Positions 1 to 9,490 of a stretch of 64,000 bases of DNA are shown piece after piece. The notes beneath the pieces were generated by a model. That model saw nothing but the letters and a program-made list of their open reading frames with translations, searched no databases and had not been told where the DNA came from. Numbering within the stretch: position 1 is the stretch's first letter; each line of letters opens with the position of its first letter. The translations under genes were made by a program, and so were the position numbers. The DNA comes from Candidatus Poribacteria bacterium (GTDB taxonomy: Bacteria; Poribacteria; WGA-4E; WGA-3G), in the NCBI GenBank assembly GCA_022821065.1, contig JAJEEK010000017.1, positions 103-64,102 of the forward strand, given 5' to 3'.

Positions 1-252
1 GAGCAACGCCAGCACGCCAGATTCCTGGATCTGCCAGCATTCACCCACTGAAATCGGTTTCGTGGGAAGAAAAGATTGGAAAACAGATGCGGAATACTGC
101 TTCTCGGGTTCAGTGACGCGTAAATTCGCCAATGTCTCCCACTCTACATGGAAATTAGAGAGCGTGTGCTCAATCGGGGCAATGGAACCTTTGACAGATA
201 CTTTCACGTCACCGTCAAGATTAAGCCTGATTTTTTTGTTTAAAGTGTTCAT
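1..252 (-). CDS. hypothetical protein, N-terminal fragment (gene continues past the left edge)
   Basis: My own minus-strand translation from ATG at 252-250 (MNTLNKKIRLNLDGDVKVSVKGSIAPIEHTLSNFHVEWETLANL...) stays open to position 1. It is absent from the ORF track because no stop lies in the window. Weak AGGA upstream. Confidence 0.4.
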   Translation of the reverse strand, partial: MNTLNKKIRLNLDGDVKVSVKGSIAPIEHTLSNFHVEWETLANLRVTEPEKQYSASVFQSFLPTKPISVGECWQIQESGVLALL

Positions 253-369
253 TTTTATCCGTCCTGTGTCGTTCTTAGTGTAAATAAAACAGGTACTGTT
301 AGGATAAACCCACAAGTGCCTGATTTCTTCGGAATTTTGATAGATATAACGAAAATGGGGTGTATTAAC

Positions 370-1668
370 CTATTGATCTACTGTATCAGTAGAACTGAGG
401 TTGCGGAGTGCTTCTGCGTAGACCTGTCGAAGCGGGATGTTGTTTTGTTCGGCAAGGCGTTTGCAGTCCTCATATTCAGGGACGGTCTTGATAAGCGTGC
501 CGTTGAGGTATCCGCGCTTGGCTTGGATCGTGCCCCACTGTGTCTCGACTTCGACGAAATCGCGGCGGAGTTTGATTCGGTTGACGGAAGAGAGCCTCAC
601 GCCAAAGGTCGTGGTTTCGGTGAGGAGGAGTTCGATGAGTCTGTCGCGCTGGGGTGTAGGGCAGAGGACAGTGATCTGCGTTGCGGGTCTGCCCTTTTTC
701 ATGTAGACGGGTGCGAGGAACACGTCGAGTGCGCCGTGTTCAAAGAGTTGGGTCGTAACGTAGCCGGTAATCTCCGGCGACATATCGTCTACGTTGGTTT
801 CAATAATGTCCACACTGTCAGTTTCGGTATGATGGTGCGTCATCTTTGAACCGAGGTCTGACGTTTTTTCGCCAAGACAGAGCCGGAGGAGGTTCGGACG
901 TTGTTCGAGGTCGCGGGTGCCGGCACCGTACCCGATACGATCGAGTCGCATCTGTGGCATGACCCCGAACCCCTGTGATAGTGTCGTAATGAGCGCGGCA
1001 CCGGTCGGTGTAACTAATTCCTTCGGGATGTCGGTTTGATGGATTGGGACACCTTGTAGGAGTTCCATTGTTCCTGGAACGGGAACAGGCATGACACCGT
1101 GTGCACATCGGACAAAACCGGTACCGAGAGAGAGTGGGGACGCATAAACAGCGTCTACTTCCAAATATGCAAGACCGATGACAGAACCGACAATGTCCAC
1201 AATAGAATCGATGCCACTCACTTCGTGGAGATGGACGCTGTCTTTTGATGTGTTGTGTACCTTCGCTTCCGCCTCAGCGAGCCGATCAAAGACGCGTTTT
1301 GCGGTATCGCGGACCGCTGTATCCAGATCGCTATCATCAAGCAGCTCGAAAATATCGGAGAGGTGGCGACTCGGTCCATGCTCGTGATGATAATGCGAAT
1401 GATCGTGTGTGTGGGAATGCGTATGCCTGTGTGAATGTGCTTCTTCTTGGTGGGAAGCGATGTGCGCTGGATGCACGTCTACAATCGCTCGGGTCCCGGT
1501 AATGCTGTGTTTCACAGCCTTTTCAAAGTGCAGACTAAACTCAGCATCGAGTTTGAGGGTCGCCAATCCGTCTGTGAGTATTTCTGGTGGCACCCCGACA
1601 TCGACCAAAGCACCGAGTGTCATATCGCCACTGATACCCGAAAAGCAGTCGAAATAAGCGATCTTCAA
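370..1668 (-). CDS. larC: LarC-type nickel insertion protein (DUF111 family; nickel chelatase for the pyridinium-bisthiocarboxylate mononucleotide cofactor)
   Basis: 432-aa ORF. The N-terminus MKIAYFDCFSGISGDMTLGALVDVGVP is the canonical LarC/DUF111 start. Internal His-rich stretch HSHRHTHSHTHDHSHYHHEH. Confidence 0.9.
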   Translation of the reverse strand: MKIAYFDCFSGISGDMTLGALVDVGVPPEILTDGLATLKLDAEFSLHFEKAVKHSITGTRAIVDVHPAHIASHQEEAHSHRHTHSHTHDHSHYHHEHGPSRHLSDIFELLDDSDLDTAVRDTAKRVFDRLAEAEAKVHNTSKDSVHLHEVSGIDSIVDIVGSVIGLAYLEVDAVYASPLSLGTGFVRCAHGVMPVPVPGTMELLQGVPIHQTDIPKELVTPTGAALITTLSQGFGVMPQMRLDRIGYGAGTRDLEQRPNLLRLCLGEKTSDLGSKMTHHHTETDSVDIIETNVDDMSPEITGYVTTQLFEHGALDVFLAPVYMKKGRPATQITVLCPTPQRDRLIELLLTETTTFGVRLSSVNRIKLRRDFVEVETQWGTIQAKRGYLNGTLIKTVPEYEDCKRLAEQNNIPLRQVYAEALRNLSSTDTVDQ

Positions 1669-1699
1669 GATGGTTGGACTCCATTAAATTGACGGGCAT

Positions 1700-1720
1700 G
1701 GAGCGGTTAGAAACCGCTCC
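1700..1720 (-). terminator. REP-like GC hairpin downstream of the sigma-factor gene
   Basis: GGAGCGGTT-aga-AACCGCTCC, a perfect 9-bp stem about 50 nt after the stop at 1773. No clear U-tract. Confidence 0.35.
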
Positions 1721-1772
1721 AACCGGATTTGAGAATCAAGAATTTCGTATTTTTTTCGTGAACTCACGCTAT

Positions 1773-3407
1773 TTAGGACTCTTGAAGCAACTCTTGAAGC
1801 AGGTCTTTCGATTCATCACTTTTCTTGAGTTTTTCAATGGCTTCGACCTCTATCTGTCGCACACGTTCTCGGCTGATTCGGAGTTTGTCCCCGATATCGG
1901 CTAAAGTATATTCGGTGCCGTCAATCAGTCCGTATCGGAGGATGATTACCTGTGCCTCACGCGGGTTGAGTGTCCGGTTGAGGATTTCAGAGATGACCTC
2001 AATTTTCGCGTAATCGAGGAGGTAGTTCTCCGGTGTAATTTGGGATTGGTCCGGAATGAGTTCAGAAAAGGAACCGTCCGGCGAATCTTCGTTAATCGGT
2101 GCGTCAAGCGGTACAGGGTCCTTCGTTGCGTTGAAAATTTCGGAGACCTTTTTCTCTGTGAGTTCAACAGCATTTGCGATCTCGGAGGTTGTCGGTTCGC
2201 GTCCGAGTTCGGATGTCAGGTCGGATTGCGCTTGCTTAATGGCACGTCGGGCTTCACCGATATAGCACGGCACCCGGATCATCTGCCCTTGTTGGTCGAG
2301 TGCGCGCTTGATGGATTGCATAATCCACCAAGTGGCATAGGTGCTGAACCGGAATTTGAGTGTATGGTCGAATTTATCGACAGCACGCATCAAACCGAGG
2401 CTGCCTTCCTGCATCAAATCGAGGAAAGTCAACGATGTTTTGCTGAAGTGATGCTGCTTAGCAATGCTGGCGACGAGACGTAGATTCGCCTCAACGATTT
2501 TTAATTTTGTTCCGTGTGTAATCTGGTCAGCCTCTTCGAGTTGTTCGAGTAGCCACTTGATATGCGCGAATTCGTTTCGTGCTTCTTCAAATTCGCACAG
2601 CAGTGCGCGTCGCGTGTATTTTTCATGCCGCGCCGGTAACATCCCTTGCGGCAATTCCGCCAAAAGATTTTCAATCTCGTCGCAAATGACATCACAATCT
2701 TGAAAAGCGGCAGATTCCTGTTCTTCATCAAACGGTGCAAGTGTGGCACGCCCAAAGTCAAGGAACGGTGCTATCTCAGCGATCGTATTTCCGCCGTGTT
2801 GTCCGGATTCCGCGATTCTTTCGTTAGCAGTGCTGATGCTCCGACGAATGGTTTTACGTGCGTATTCTCGGAATTCTGCGCCCCGTTTTGTGCCGCCGCT
2901 GTCAATAGCATCAAAGAGTCCAAGGCTTCCAGCTTGCATTAATTCGGGAGGCGAGGTTTCGTTGACATATTTGCCAAGCAGGTACGCGTTCCCTTGAAAA
3001 ATCTGCCATCGCGCCTGCTCGAATTGTTTCACTTTTGCCTCTAATTTTTCCAACAAAACACCGAGCGCTTGGATCTCGGAACGAATCTTACTTATAATTA
3101 ACCCGTGTTCTGATTGCGGCGGTTCATATTTGTATTTCTTGTCGGGCGCAGTGTTTGCAGTCGTGTCAAGCGAAACGAATATCCAATCTGGGAATTGATT
3201 CAACAAGGAGATGAATAGTTGGAGGCCGGCTTGATATTTTGTGAAAAAAGCGGTCTCCTGTTCAGGGTCCAGCAAAGGTGTTTTAGCGATCTTTTGTAGG
3301 TACGCGAAGGTCTCGTCCCGCGGGGCTTCTGCGGGGGTCTCGTCCGTCTCCTCTTCCTCTACAAAAAGTTCAGATTCTGTTGGGTACATCGGGTAATAGT
3401 CTCTCAT
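1773..3407 (-). CDS. RNA polymerase sigma-70 family factor, RpoD-like (group 1 or 2) with a long non-conserved N-terminal insert
   Basis: Region 2 [43 protein letters not shown]. Region 4 [29 protein letters not shown]. Region 1.2-like [20 protein letters not shown]. 544 aa. Confidence 0.9.
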   Translation of the reverse strand: MRDYYPMYPTESELFVEEEETDETPAEAPRDETFAYLQKIAKTPLLDPEQETAFFTKYQAGLQLFISLLNQFPDWIFVSLDTTANTAPDKKYKYEPPQSEHGLIISKIRSEIQALGVLLEKLEAKVKQFEQARWQIFQGNAYLLGKYVNETSPPELMQAGSLGLFDAIDSGGTKRGAEFREYARKTIRRSISTANERIAESGQHGGNTIAEIAPFLDFGRATLAPFDEEQESAAFQDCDVICDEIENLLAELPQGMLPARHEKYTRRALLCEFEEARNEFAHIKWLLEQLEEADQITHGTKLKIVEANLRLVASIAKQHHFSKTSLTFLDLMQEGSLGLMRAVDKFDHTLKFRFSTYATWWIMQSIKRALDQQGQMIRVPCYIGEARRAIKQAQSDLTSELGREPTTSEIANAVELTEKKVSEIFNATKDPVPLDAPINEDSPDGSFSELIPDQSQITPENYLLDYAKIEVISEILNRTLNPREAQVIILRYGLIDGTEYTLADIGDKLRISRERVRQIEVEAIEKLKKSDESKDLLQELLQES

Positions 3408-3625
3408 GTCCTCACCTCATTATAGTCTCGATCTCCAGACCGAAGTATGTTTGAATTTGCTGCAAACAGCGAAAAAATGAAAAAAGATTTAACTTTTTAG
3501 TGCGTATATGGTATGCTATTAGGTGCAATCGTTTTATATATTTTATTAAAATATTAGATCACAAGTTTAAGGCATTACACAGGCGAAAGATCCCGTGAAT
3601 TCGATATCACCACTGGAGGTAGTTA

Positions 3626-4201
3626 ATGGCTCAACTCACACGCAATGAAATTTTAAAAAGATGGCAAGCCGGTGAATCCTGTTCTGGCGAAAATCTTGCA
3701 AACTTAGATTTATCGAATGAATCGCTCTCGGGTATAGATTTATCGGAAACAAATTTGAGCGGTGCTGATCTAAGTAATTCCGACTTAACAGATGCGAATT
3801 TAAACGATGCGAATCTTAGCGGTGCCAACCTTTCCGGTGCGACACTCCATCGGACGTATCTGGTCGGTAGCAATTTAACGGATGCGAACCTTGAGGAAGC
3901 AAATTTACGGGGCGCGTTCTTGAGCGGTAGTCTGCTCTGCAGTACGAACTTCAAACGTGCTGACTTGCGTCGTGCTACCCTCGGGTGCCCACAATGTGAG
4001 GTGCCAGGACCTTTCGGGTCACTCACGAGTTTCGAGAATGCGAACCTTGAAGAGGCAATTTTCGGTGAAATTAAACTGAAAGGGACCGTCTTACTCGGCG
4101 CGAATCTGAAAAACGCGTATCTATATGAAGTCGATCTCTCGGAAGCCGTCTATCGCGCAACCGATCTTGAAGGTGCTATCACGAAAAAAGGACGCAATTA
4201 A
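3626..4201 (+). CDS. pentapeptide-repeat protein
   Basis: Long runs of A(D/N)LxG pentads (ADLSNSDLTDANLNDANLSGANLSGATL...). GGAGG 8 nt upstream of the ATG. Confidence 0.9.
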   Translation: MAQLTRNEILKRWQAGESCSGENLANLDLSNESLSGIDLSETNLSGADLSNSDLTDANLNDANLSGANLSGATLHRTYLVGSNLTDANLEEANLRGAFLSGSLLCSTNFKRADLRRATLGCPQCEVPGPFGSLTSFENANLEEAIFGEIKLKGTVLLGANLKNAYLYEVDLSEAVYRATDLEGAITKKGRN

Positions 4202-4274
4202 AATTAAGAAACCTCTCCGTCTTCGTACAACTTGCTATTCATAGGCAGTGCAGCGAGCAACACTTACGCCGCTC

Positions 4275-4323
4275 TTTAGTCTCAATCTCTGCGTTACTGG
4301 ACTCTTCAGAGATTGAGACTAAA
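4275..4323. terminator. bidirectional stem-loop between convergent genes
   Basis: 16-bp perfect stem TTTAGTCTCAATCTCT / AGAGATTGAGACTAAA with a 17-nt loop. It lies between the stops at 4201 (+) and 4487 (-). Confidence 0.5.
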
Positions 4324-4486
4324 ATATTTAATAGCATTTACCGATTTTTCTATTATATGTGACGTTAACATAACACAAGAGGTTTACCTAAAATGCATTT
4401 TTTTTTTCACACTGGAAAATTCGCATCGAATTGTCCAAAGGAATTTGTTATTACACTGGAAAACCTATAACAGTCATGCCAGTCCG

Positions 4487-6370
4487 TTAGTTCAGTTGCA
4501 TCTTACAGAGTTTTTGATATAACCCTCCTTTTGCCAATAAGGTTTCGTGTGTTCCGGTTTCCAAAATTTCCCCATCTTTGATAACGAGGATCTTATCTGC
4601 CCGCACGACGGTTGAGAGTCTATGTGCGATAATAAAACTGGTTCTCCCTGTCATGAGATTTGCTAACGACGCTTGGATAAGTGCTTCGGATTGTGTATCC
4701 AGTGAAGAAGTTGCTTCGTCTAACACAAGGATCGGCGCATCTTTTAGGAGTGCACGTGCGATGGAGAGGCGTTGCTGCTCGCCCCCAGAGAGTTTCATAC
4801 CCGCCTCACCGACAGGTGTTGCATAGCCTTTCGGAAATTTCGTGATAAACTCGTGAGCGTTTGCCTTTTTCGCTGCTGCGATGATCGCGTCGTCGTTAGC
4901 CTCCGGAGAACCGTACCGGATATTTTCCAGAATCGTGCCGTCAAAGAGGAATATATCCTGTGGGACGAGTGCAATACTTTGTCGCAGCGATGCCAACTTT
5001 ACTTCAGAAATAGGTACGTCGTCAATCAGGATTCTTCCGGAGCCGACTTCATAAAAGCGGAGCAGTAGGTTGAGGAGCGTCGTTTTTCCGCTGCCGCTGG
5101 GTCCGACGAGTGCGACAACCTCTCCGGGTTTCGCTTCAAAAGAGGCGTTGTTGATGGTCCTTTTAGACGCTGCCTGTCGGTTTCCTGAATCTTGTGAATA
5201 AGAGAAGGAGACATTCTGAAAGGTAACGGCTCCGTGGATATTTTTTAGCGCAATGCTGTTTGTAGCATGGTTGTTCTGTTGTTGTTCTGCCTCAGGTCCG
5301 AAATCGAGAAGATAAAAAATTCTTTCCGCCGAGGCGAGGCACTGTTGTAAAGCACTGTTGACGTTGCCAATTGTTTTGATCGGTTTGAACATCCACATTA
5401 CCATTGCAATGTAACTGATAAAATCCGCTGTAGCGAGTTGTCCTGTAATAACCTCCCAACAACCCAACCCGAAAACCGTTGCAACCCCAACAAACCCTAA
5501 CCATTCAATTGTTGGTGGGAGGAGTGCAGCGAAACGTGCGCGACGGACTGCCGAACAGTATTGGTTCCAATTAATGGTTCGGAAGCGGTTAATTTCTGCC
5601 TGTTCAGATGTAAAACTTTTGACAATTTTGATACCGAAGAGTGTCTCTTTGAGATGTGAGTAAATATCGGTACTTCGTTGCTGAATCTCGGTACTAGCGA
5701 TACGAATTCGCTTTCCGACAAATGTAATCAGATAAGCGACAAGTGGGAGAATAAGCAGGACAAAGACGGTGAATTTGAAACTGGTGATGAGCATTACAGA
5801 GAGAAAGAGGGTAACAAGAACAACAGCACGTATAATGTTCGCCATCGCGGCGACGAGTGCCTGCCACACCCGGACATCATCTGTGATACGCGTCATGAGA
5901 TCGCCGGTGTGTTCTTCACGTAAAACACCTAAAGGAGCCGTAACAAGTCGCTGATAGAGAGCATTCCGCAAGCGAAAAGCGAGTTTATGTCCGACCCGCG
6001 CCATTACATAGTCGTTGCAATAGACGAAAACACCCTTGAGAAAAATAAGGACGAGTATCCCTCCCAGCAACCAGAGAAAGGCTTTAAGAGCGTCGCTGGC
6101 GTTTGTCAACGATATTTCAAAGCCATCGAAAGTAATCATGCCGCTTTCACGTTGAAAGTAGTGAATAGATACTGGTTCCTCAAATGTATTTCCACCAACG
6201 ATTCCAAGTGCGTTAAGCGTATCGTTCAATAAAACTTGAAGGGCCACTAAGTCGCATACAGCAATCACTAAAGCACAAACCGCTGCTAATAGAATAGAAC
6301 CGATATACGGACTGTGATACCGGACAAATCGGTTAAAGATTGGATTTTTTGTGAAAGGTTCTGTGTCCAT
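4487..6370 (-). CDS. ABC exporter, fused permease/ATPase (MsbA/ABCB type)
   Basis: N-terminal 6-TM domain, then Walker A GPSGSGKTT, signature LSGGEQQRLSIARAL and Walker B ILVLDEATSSLD. Confidence 0.9.
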   Translation of the reverse strand: MDTEPFTKNPIFNRFVRYHSPYIGSILLAAVCALVIAVCDLVALQVLLNDTLNALGIVGGNTFEEPVSIHYFQRESGMITFDGFEISLTNASDALKAFLWLLGGILVLIFLKGVFVYCNDYVMARVGHKLAFRLRNALYQRLVTAPLGVLREEHTGDLMTRITDDVRVWQALVAAMANIIRAVVLVTLFLSVMLITSFKFTVFVLLILPLVAYLITFVGKRIRIASTEIQQRSTDIYSHLKETLFGIKIVKSFTSEQAEINRFRTINWNQYCSAVRRARFAALLPPTIEWLGFVGVATVFGLGCWEVITGQLATADFISYIAMVMWMFKPIKTIGNVNSALQQCLASAERIFYLLDFGPEAEQQQNNHATNSIALKNIHGAVTFQNVSFSYSQDSGNRQAASKRTINNASFEAKPGEVVALVGPSGSGKTTLLNLLLRFYEVGSGRILIDDVPISEVKLASLRQSIALVPQDIFLFDGTILENIRYGSPEANDDAIIAAAKKANAHEFITKFPKGYATPVGEAGMKLSGGEQQRLSIARALLKDAPILVLDEATSSLDTQSEALIQASLANLMTGRTSFIIAHRLSTVVRADKILVIKDGEILETGTHETLLAKGGLYQKLCKMQLN

Positions 6371-6402
6371 GTTGAATTGTTACCGTTGGGTTTAATCCGA
6401 TG

Positions 6403-7509
6403 CTACGTGCGTTGTTCTAAACGATAGTCCCCAAATTGGATAGCGCACGCCTGCTTCGTAGCATTGCCCACTTTTGAAAACGGGCCACGGATGCTAAGTT
6501 CCCGTTTCTGGAAGTCTATAGCCTCAATCACGCCAATGGCGTAGGTGTCACCAGTCGCATTGATTAATCCGACGAGGCGGCGTTCAAAGTAAGCGGGAAC
6601 CTCTACTGTAACACGGGTCAAACTTAAATAGTTTTTAATGTGTGTGCGTGCCGCTTTGGACAGGTGTGTTGATGCAATGAGGCATAAAGTACGGTGTCCC
6701 CATTCTGCATAATGGACTTCGGTTTCTGTAAGCTGCGCGAGAATTTCTACTTCCTTCTGATTTGCGGGTCTACCTATGAAAAATGGGGTGCGTCCACCGC
6801 GAATTTGCCCAAAACAGAGCGAGTCAACGTTGCTTTCAGAGAAATACGCATCAAATTGATCCTTTCGGTATCGGCTCCGGACGCTACGACTCTTTGATCG
6901 AACGTTTCGGTGTGGAAGAAGGCAATGAATGTCGAGCCACTCCTGTTGCGTGTAGCACGCTGCTATCTGCGTCAACTCTGCAGAACGACCGATGCAGACC
7001 AAGTGGTTCGGCCGGATGAGTTCAATTTTATGCTGTTTGAGAGTGACTGCGGGCGGATCGTGGATATAACCGGTTGTGTCAATAACAATGAAATCGGCAT
7101 CGGTCTGGCGTGCGCTATCTACCATCAAACGTATTCCTGTGAGGATTTCAAGAAAGTGTCCGCTCAACGATACATCACCGACAAAATAGAGTCGCTCCGC
7201 ACTGCCATCAAAGACGACGCGGTTCTCTACTCGGATTTGTTGATTGTCGAAATCGGATGATCCGTTTTTTTTCTGCGTTTCAAAGGACTTGACACCGACT
7301 GTGGTTGGGGGCCCGATTCGGGATTGCCCAATGTCTGCATCAACGCAAGCGACTTTGAGCCCCGACGTGAGTGCGTAATCTGCCAAAAAACGGCAGAAGG
7401 TCGATTTTCCGGTATCGGTTGCACCTATCACCAACACAACCTGCTGCGGCTTGACGATGTGACTTGCAAGTTTTTGCCACTCTCGGTTAACCTGATACGT
7501 GCTATCCAT
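6403..7509 (-). CDS. Clp1/Grc3-family P-loop protein (putative polynucleotide 5'-hydroxyl kinase)
   Basis: VVLVIGATDTGKSTFCRFLADYAL followed by VACVDADIGQSRIGPP matches the Clp1 P-loop plus DxDxGQ arrangement (human CLP1: GPTDVGKST ... ELDVGQG). Confidence 0.7.
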   Translation of the reverse strand: MDSTYQVNREWQKLASHIVKPQQVVLVIGATDTGKSTFCRFLADYALTSGLKVACVDADIGQSRIGPPTTVGVKSFETQKKNGSSDFDNQQIRVENRVVFDGSAERLYFVGDVSLSGHFLEILTGIRLMVDSARQTDADFIVIDTTGYIHDPPAVTLKQHKIELIRPNHLVCIGRSAELTQIAACYTQQEWLDIHCLLPHRNVRSKSRSVRSRYRKDQFDAYFSESNVDSLCFGQIRGGRTPFFIGRPANQKEVEILAQLTETEVHYAEWGHRTLCLIASTHLSKAARTHIKNYLSLTRVTVEVPAYFERRLVGLINATGDTYAIGVIEAIDFQKRELSIRGPFSKVGNATKQACAIQFGDYRLEQRT

Positions 7510-7534
7510 TTTTCTGCCTCATCGCGTGGCGAAT

Positions 7535-8404
7535 TTAGTCGCCCAGGCTCATCTGGTAGCGGAAAGTGACACCGGGCAGGCTGAACATCTCATCTAAGGG
7601 TGGCATCTGTTTAATTCCGAGGAGTTGTTCAAACAGGGAGGTCCGTCTCTCGGGACGAAGTACCCGCGGTTTACCGTCAATACCCGCGCGTTCTCCAGCA
7701 ATTTTGATTGCATCGGGTAGGTTACCGAGTTGATCAACCAGTTTTGATTCTAATGCCTGTTTCCCAGAAAAGATCCTTCCGTCAGCGAGTTCAACGACTT
7801 CAGCACGCGTTAGGAGATTTCCACGTGCCGCAAAGATCGCATCCACAAATTGATTGTAAACGTCATCGACGGTGGCTTGTAGTACCGCTCGCTCCTGTTC
7901 TGTCAGCTCTCGGAACGGTGAACCTGTATCCTTGAATTGCCCGCTCTTAACGACCTGATGTTCTAATCCGACTTTATCGTATAAACCTTTCATCCGTGTG
8001 AACTGCATAATAACGCCAATACTGCCGGTCAACGTTCCGGGGTTTGCGACGATTGTATCGGCAGCACACGCGATATAGTAGCCGCCCGATGCAGCACTTC
8101 CACCCATTGAGGCGATAATCGGCTTTTCTATCTTTTCGAGTTCCGTGAAAATCTCTTGGACCGGGGCAACACTGCCACCGGGGGTATCAATCCGCAGTAC
8201 GATCGCTTTGACGCTCGGATCATCGCGATAGGTATGAATCAACTTAATCGTCGCATCCGATTTGGAGATGATGCCAGTAATATCTATTACGGCGACTTTC
8301 TGTCCGAGGGATGTCCCACTGCTCATTGCGCGTAGTAGCGCCAACATGAGAAAAAATAGGACGACAATGCTGCCTAAGATAATAAAAACACGTTTTTTCT
8401 TCAT
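7535..8404 (-). CDS. sppA: signal peptide peptidase SppA (S49 family, 36K type)
   Basis: N-terminal TM anchor. ASMGGSAASGGYYIACAAD serine-nucleophile region. Typical ~290-aa size. Confidence 0.85.
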   Translation of the reverse strand: MKKKRVFIILGSIVVLFFLMLALLRAMSSGTSLGQKVAVIDITGIISKSDATIKLIHTYRDDPSVKAIVLRIDTPGGSVAPVQEIFTELEKIEKPIIASMGGSAASGGYYIACAADTIVANPGTLTGSIGVIMQFTRMKGLYDKVGLEHQVVKSGQFKDTGSPFRELTEQERAVLQATVDDVYNQFVDAIFAARGNLLTRAEVVELADGRIFSGKQALESKLVDQLGNLPDAIKIAGERAGIDGKPRVLRPERRTSLFEQLLGIKQMPPLDEMFSLPGVTFRYQMSLGD

Positions 8405-8431
8405 AATTTTAACTATTGGGTTATCGGAATC

Positions 8432-8452
8432 GCGAGCGCAGCTCGCTCCTAC
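8432..8452 (-). repeat. REP-like hairpin with GTAG head
   Basis: Minus strand reads GTAG-GA-GCGAGC-tgc-GCTCGC. A near-identical copy lies at 8744..8764. Confidence 0.6.
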
Positions 8453-8476
8453 CCTAAGAAGTAAGCCCTAATTAAT

Positions 8477-8699
8477 CGTAGGTTGGGTTGAGCGGTAAAT
8501 CCCAAGAACGACACATTTTAGAAAAAATATATGACCAGCAATCAACCGCGCAAATATAAATAGCGAAACCCAACACCCGAAACGCTATAGTACACCCGTT
8601 GGGTTTCACTGCTTTTCTGGTATGTTCAGGAGTTTGATGAACTTGACCATCATCGTTACTATAAGGTTTTCAGCAAGGTTCCCTTCAACCCAACCTACG
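8477..8699. mobile_element. ~220-bp composite repeat bounded by inverted CGTAGGTTGGGTTGA termini (called MITE-2/BIME-like here), copy 1
   Basis: Left end CGTAGGTTGGGTTGAGCGG. Right end CCCTTCAACCCAACCTACG. Internal GAAACCCAAC and GTTGGGTTTC submotifs. A second copy at 26542..26780 shares only the ends and submotifs. Confidence 0.55.
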
Positions 8700-8743
8700 G
8701 AATTTTGACTACCAGCGAAGTCTGTAAGCTTTAATTATGGATC

Positions 8744-8764
8744 GCGAGCACAGCTCGCTCCTAC
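8744..8764 (-). repeat. REP-like hairpin with GTAG head
   Basis: Minus strand reads GTAG-GA-GCGAGC-tgt-GCTCGC. Same orientation as 8432..8452, and the two bracket the composite element. Confidence 0.6.
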
Positions 8765-8805
8765 AAAAAGAGATAACTCAGGTGTTCTGGTAGCAAGACG
8801 AAAAA

Positions 8806-9465
8806 CTATTTGCGTCGGCGTGGTACGAAGATGACGACCCAAAGGGTTTTTAACAACCAGCCTATATCGGTAGCGATGCTCTGTGTTGCGACGTATTGGA
8901 GATCCAGTGCAAGTTTTTTCGGCATCAGTTCTGTGATGTAATAGTGTTCCGCGTCCGGTTGCCCTTTTAATTTTTCTTCTTCATCACGATTCGCGAGTTG
9001 TGATGGACCGGTTATCCCCGGTTTCACCAATAGCACCTGTTTCTGTATTTGCGTGTAGTATTTAACGTATTCTGGAGCCTCTGGCCGGGGTCCGATAAGG
9101 CTCATCTCGCCTTTGATAACATTGATTAGGTTCGGGAGTTCGTCAAGTTTCGTCCATCGCAGGAAGCGGCCGATGGGTGTAATCCGTGTGTCTCTATAGG
9201 TCGTCAAGCTGCCGCCGAGTGTATCGGCATTGACGACCATTGTCCTGAATTTATACATTTCAAAGATAACTTCATCTTTGCCGACGCGTTTTGATTTGTA
9301 GAACACCGGTCCTTTGGATTGCAGCTTCGCCAATAGGCTTCCGAGCAAAAAGAGAGGCAACAGCAGCAAAAATCCGATTATCGCGAAAACGACATCAAAC
9401 ATCCGTTTCACCGCAGCGGATTTGGGTGCTATGATAACGTCTTGAGTATCTACGGTATACGACAT
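8806..9465 (-). CDS. undecaprenyl-phosphate sugar phosphotransferase (bacterial sugar transferase, PglC/WbaP C-terminal type)
   Basis: KRMFDVVFAIIGFLLLLPLFLL re-entrant helix, KFRTM and PGITGPSQL motifs. Start trimmed to ATG 9465 (MSYTVDTQ...) because the longer track ORF overlaps the upstream gene by about 200 nt. Confidence 0.85.
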   Translation of the reverse strand: MSYTVDTQDVIIAPKSAAVKRMFDVVFAIIGFLLLLPLFLLGSLLAKLQSKGPVFYKSKRVGKDEVIFEMYKFRTMVVNADTLGGSLTTYRDTRITPIGRFLRWTKLDELPNLINVIKGEMSLIGPRPEAPEYVKYYTQIQKQVLLVKPGITGPSQLANRDEEEKLKGQPDAEHYYITELMPKKLALDLQYVATQSIATDIGWLLKTLWVVIFVPRRRK

Positions 9466-9490
9466 AGGCTGCTTTAACCTTATTATCGTG

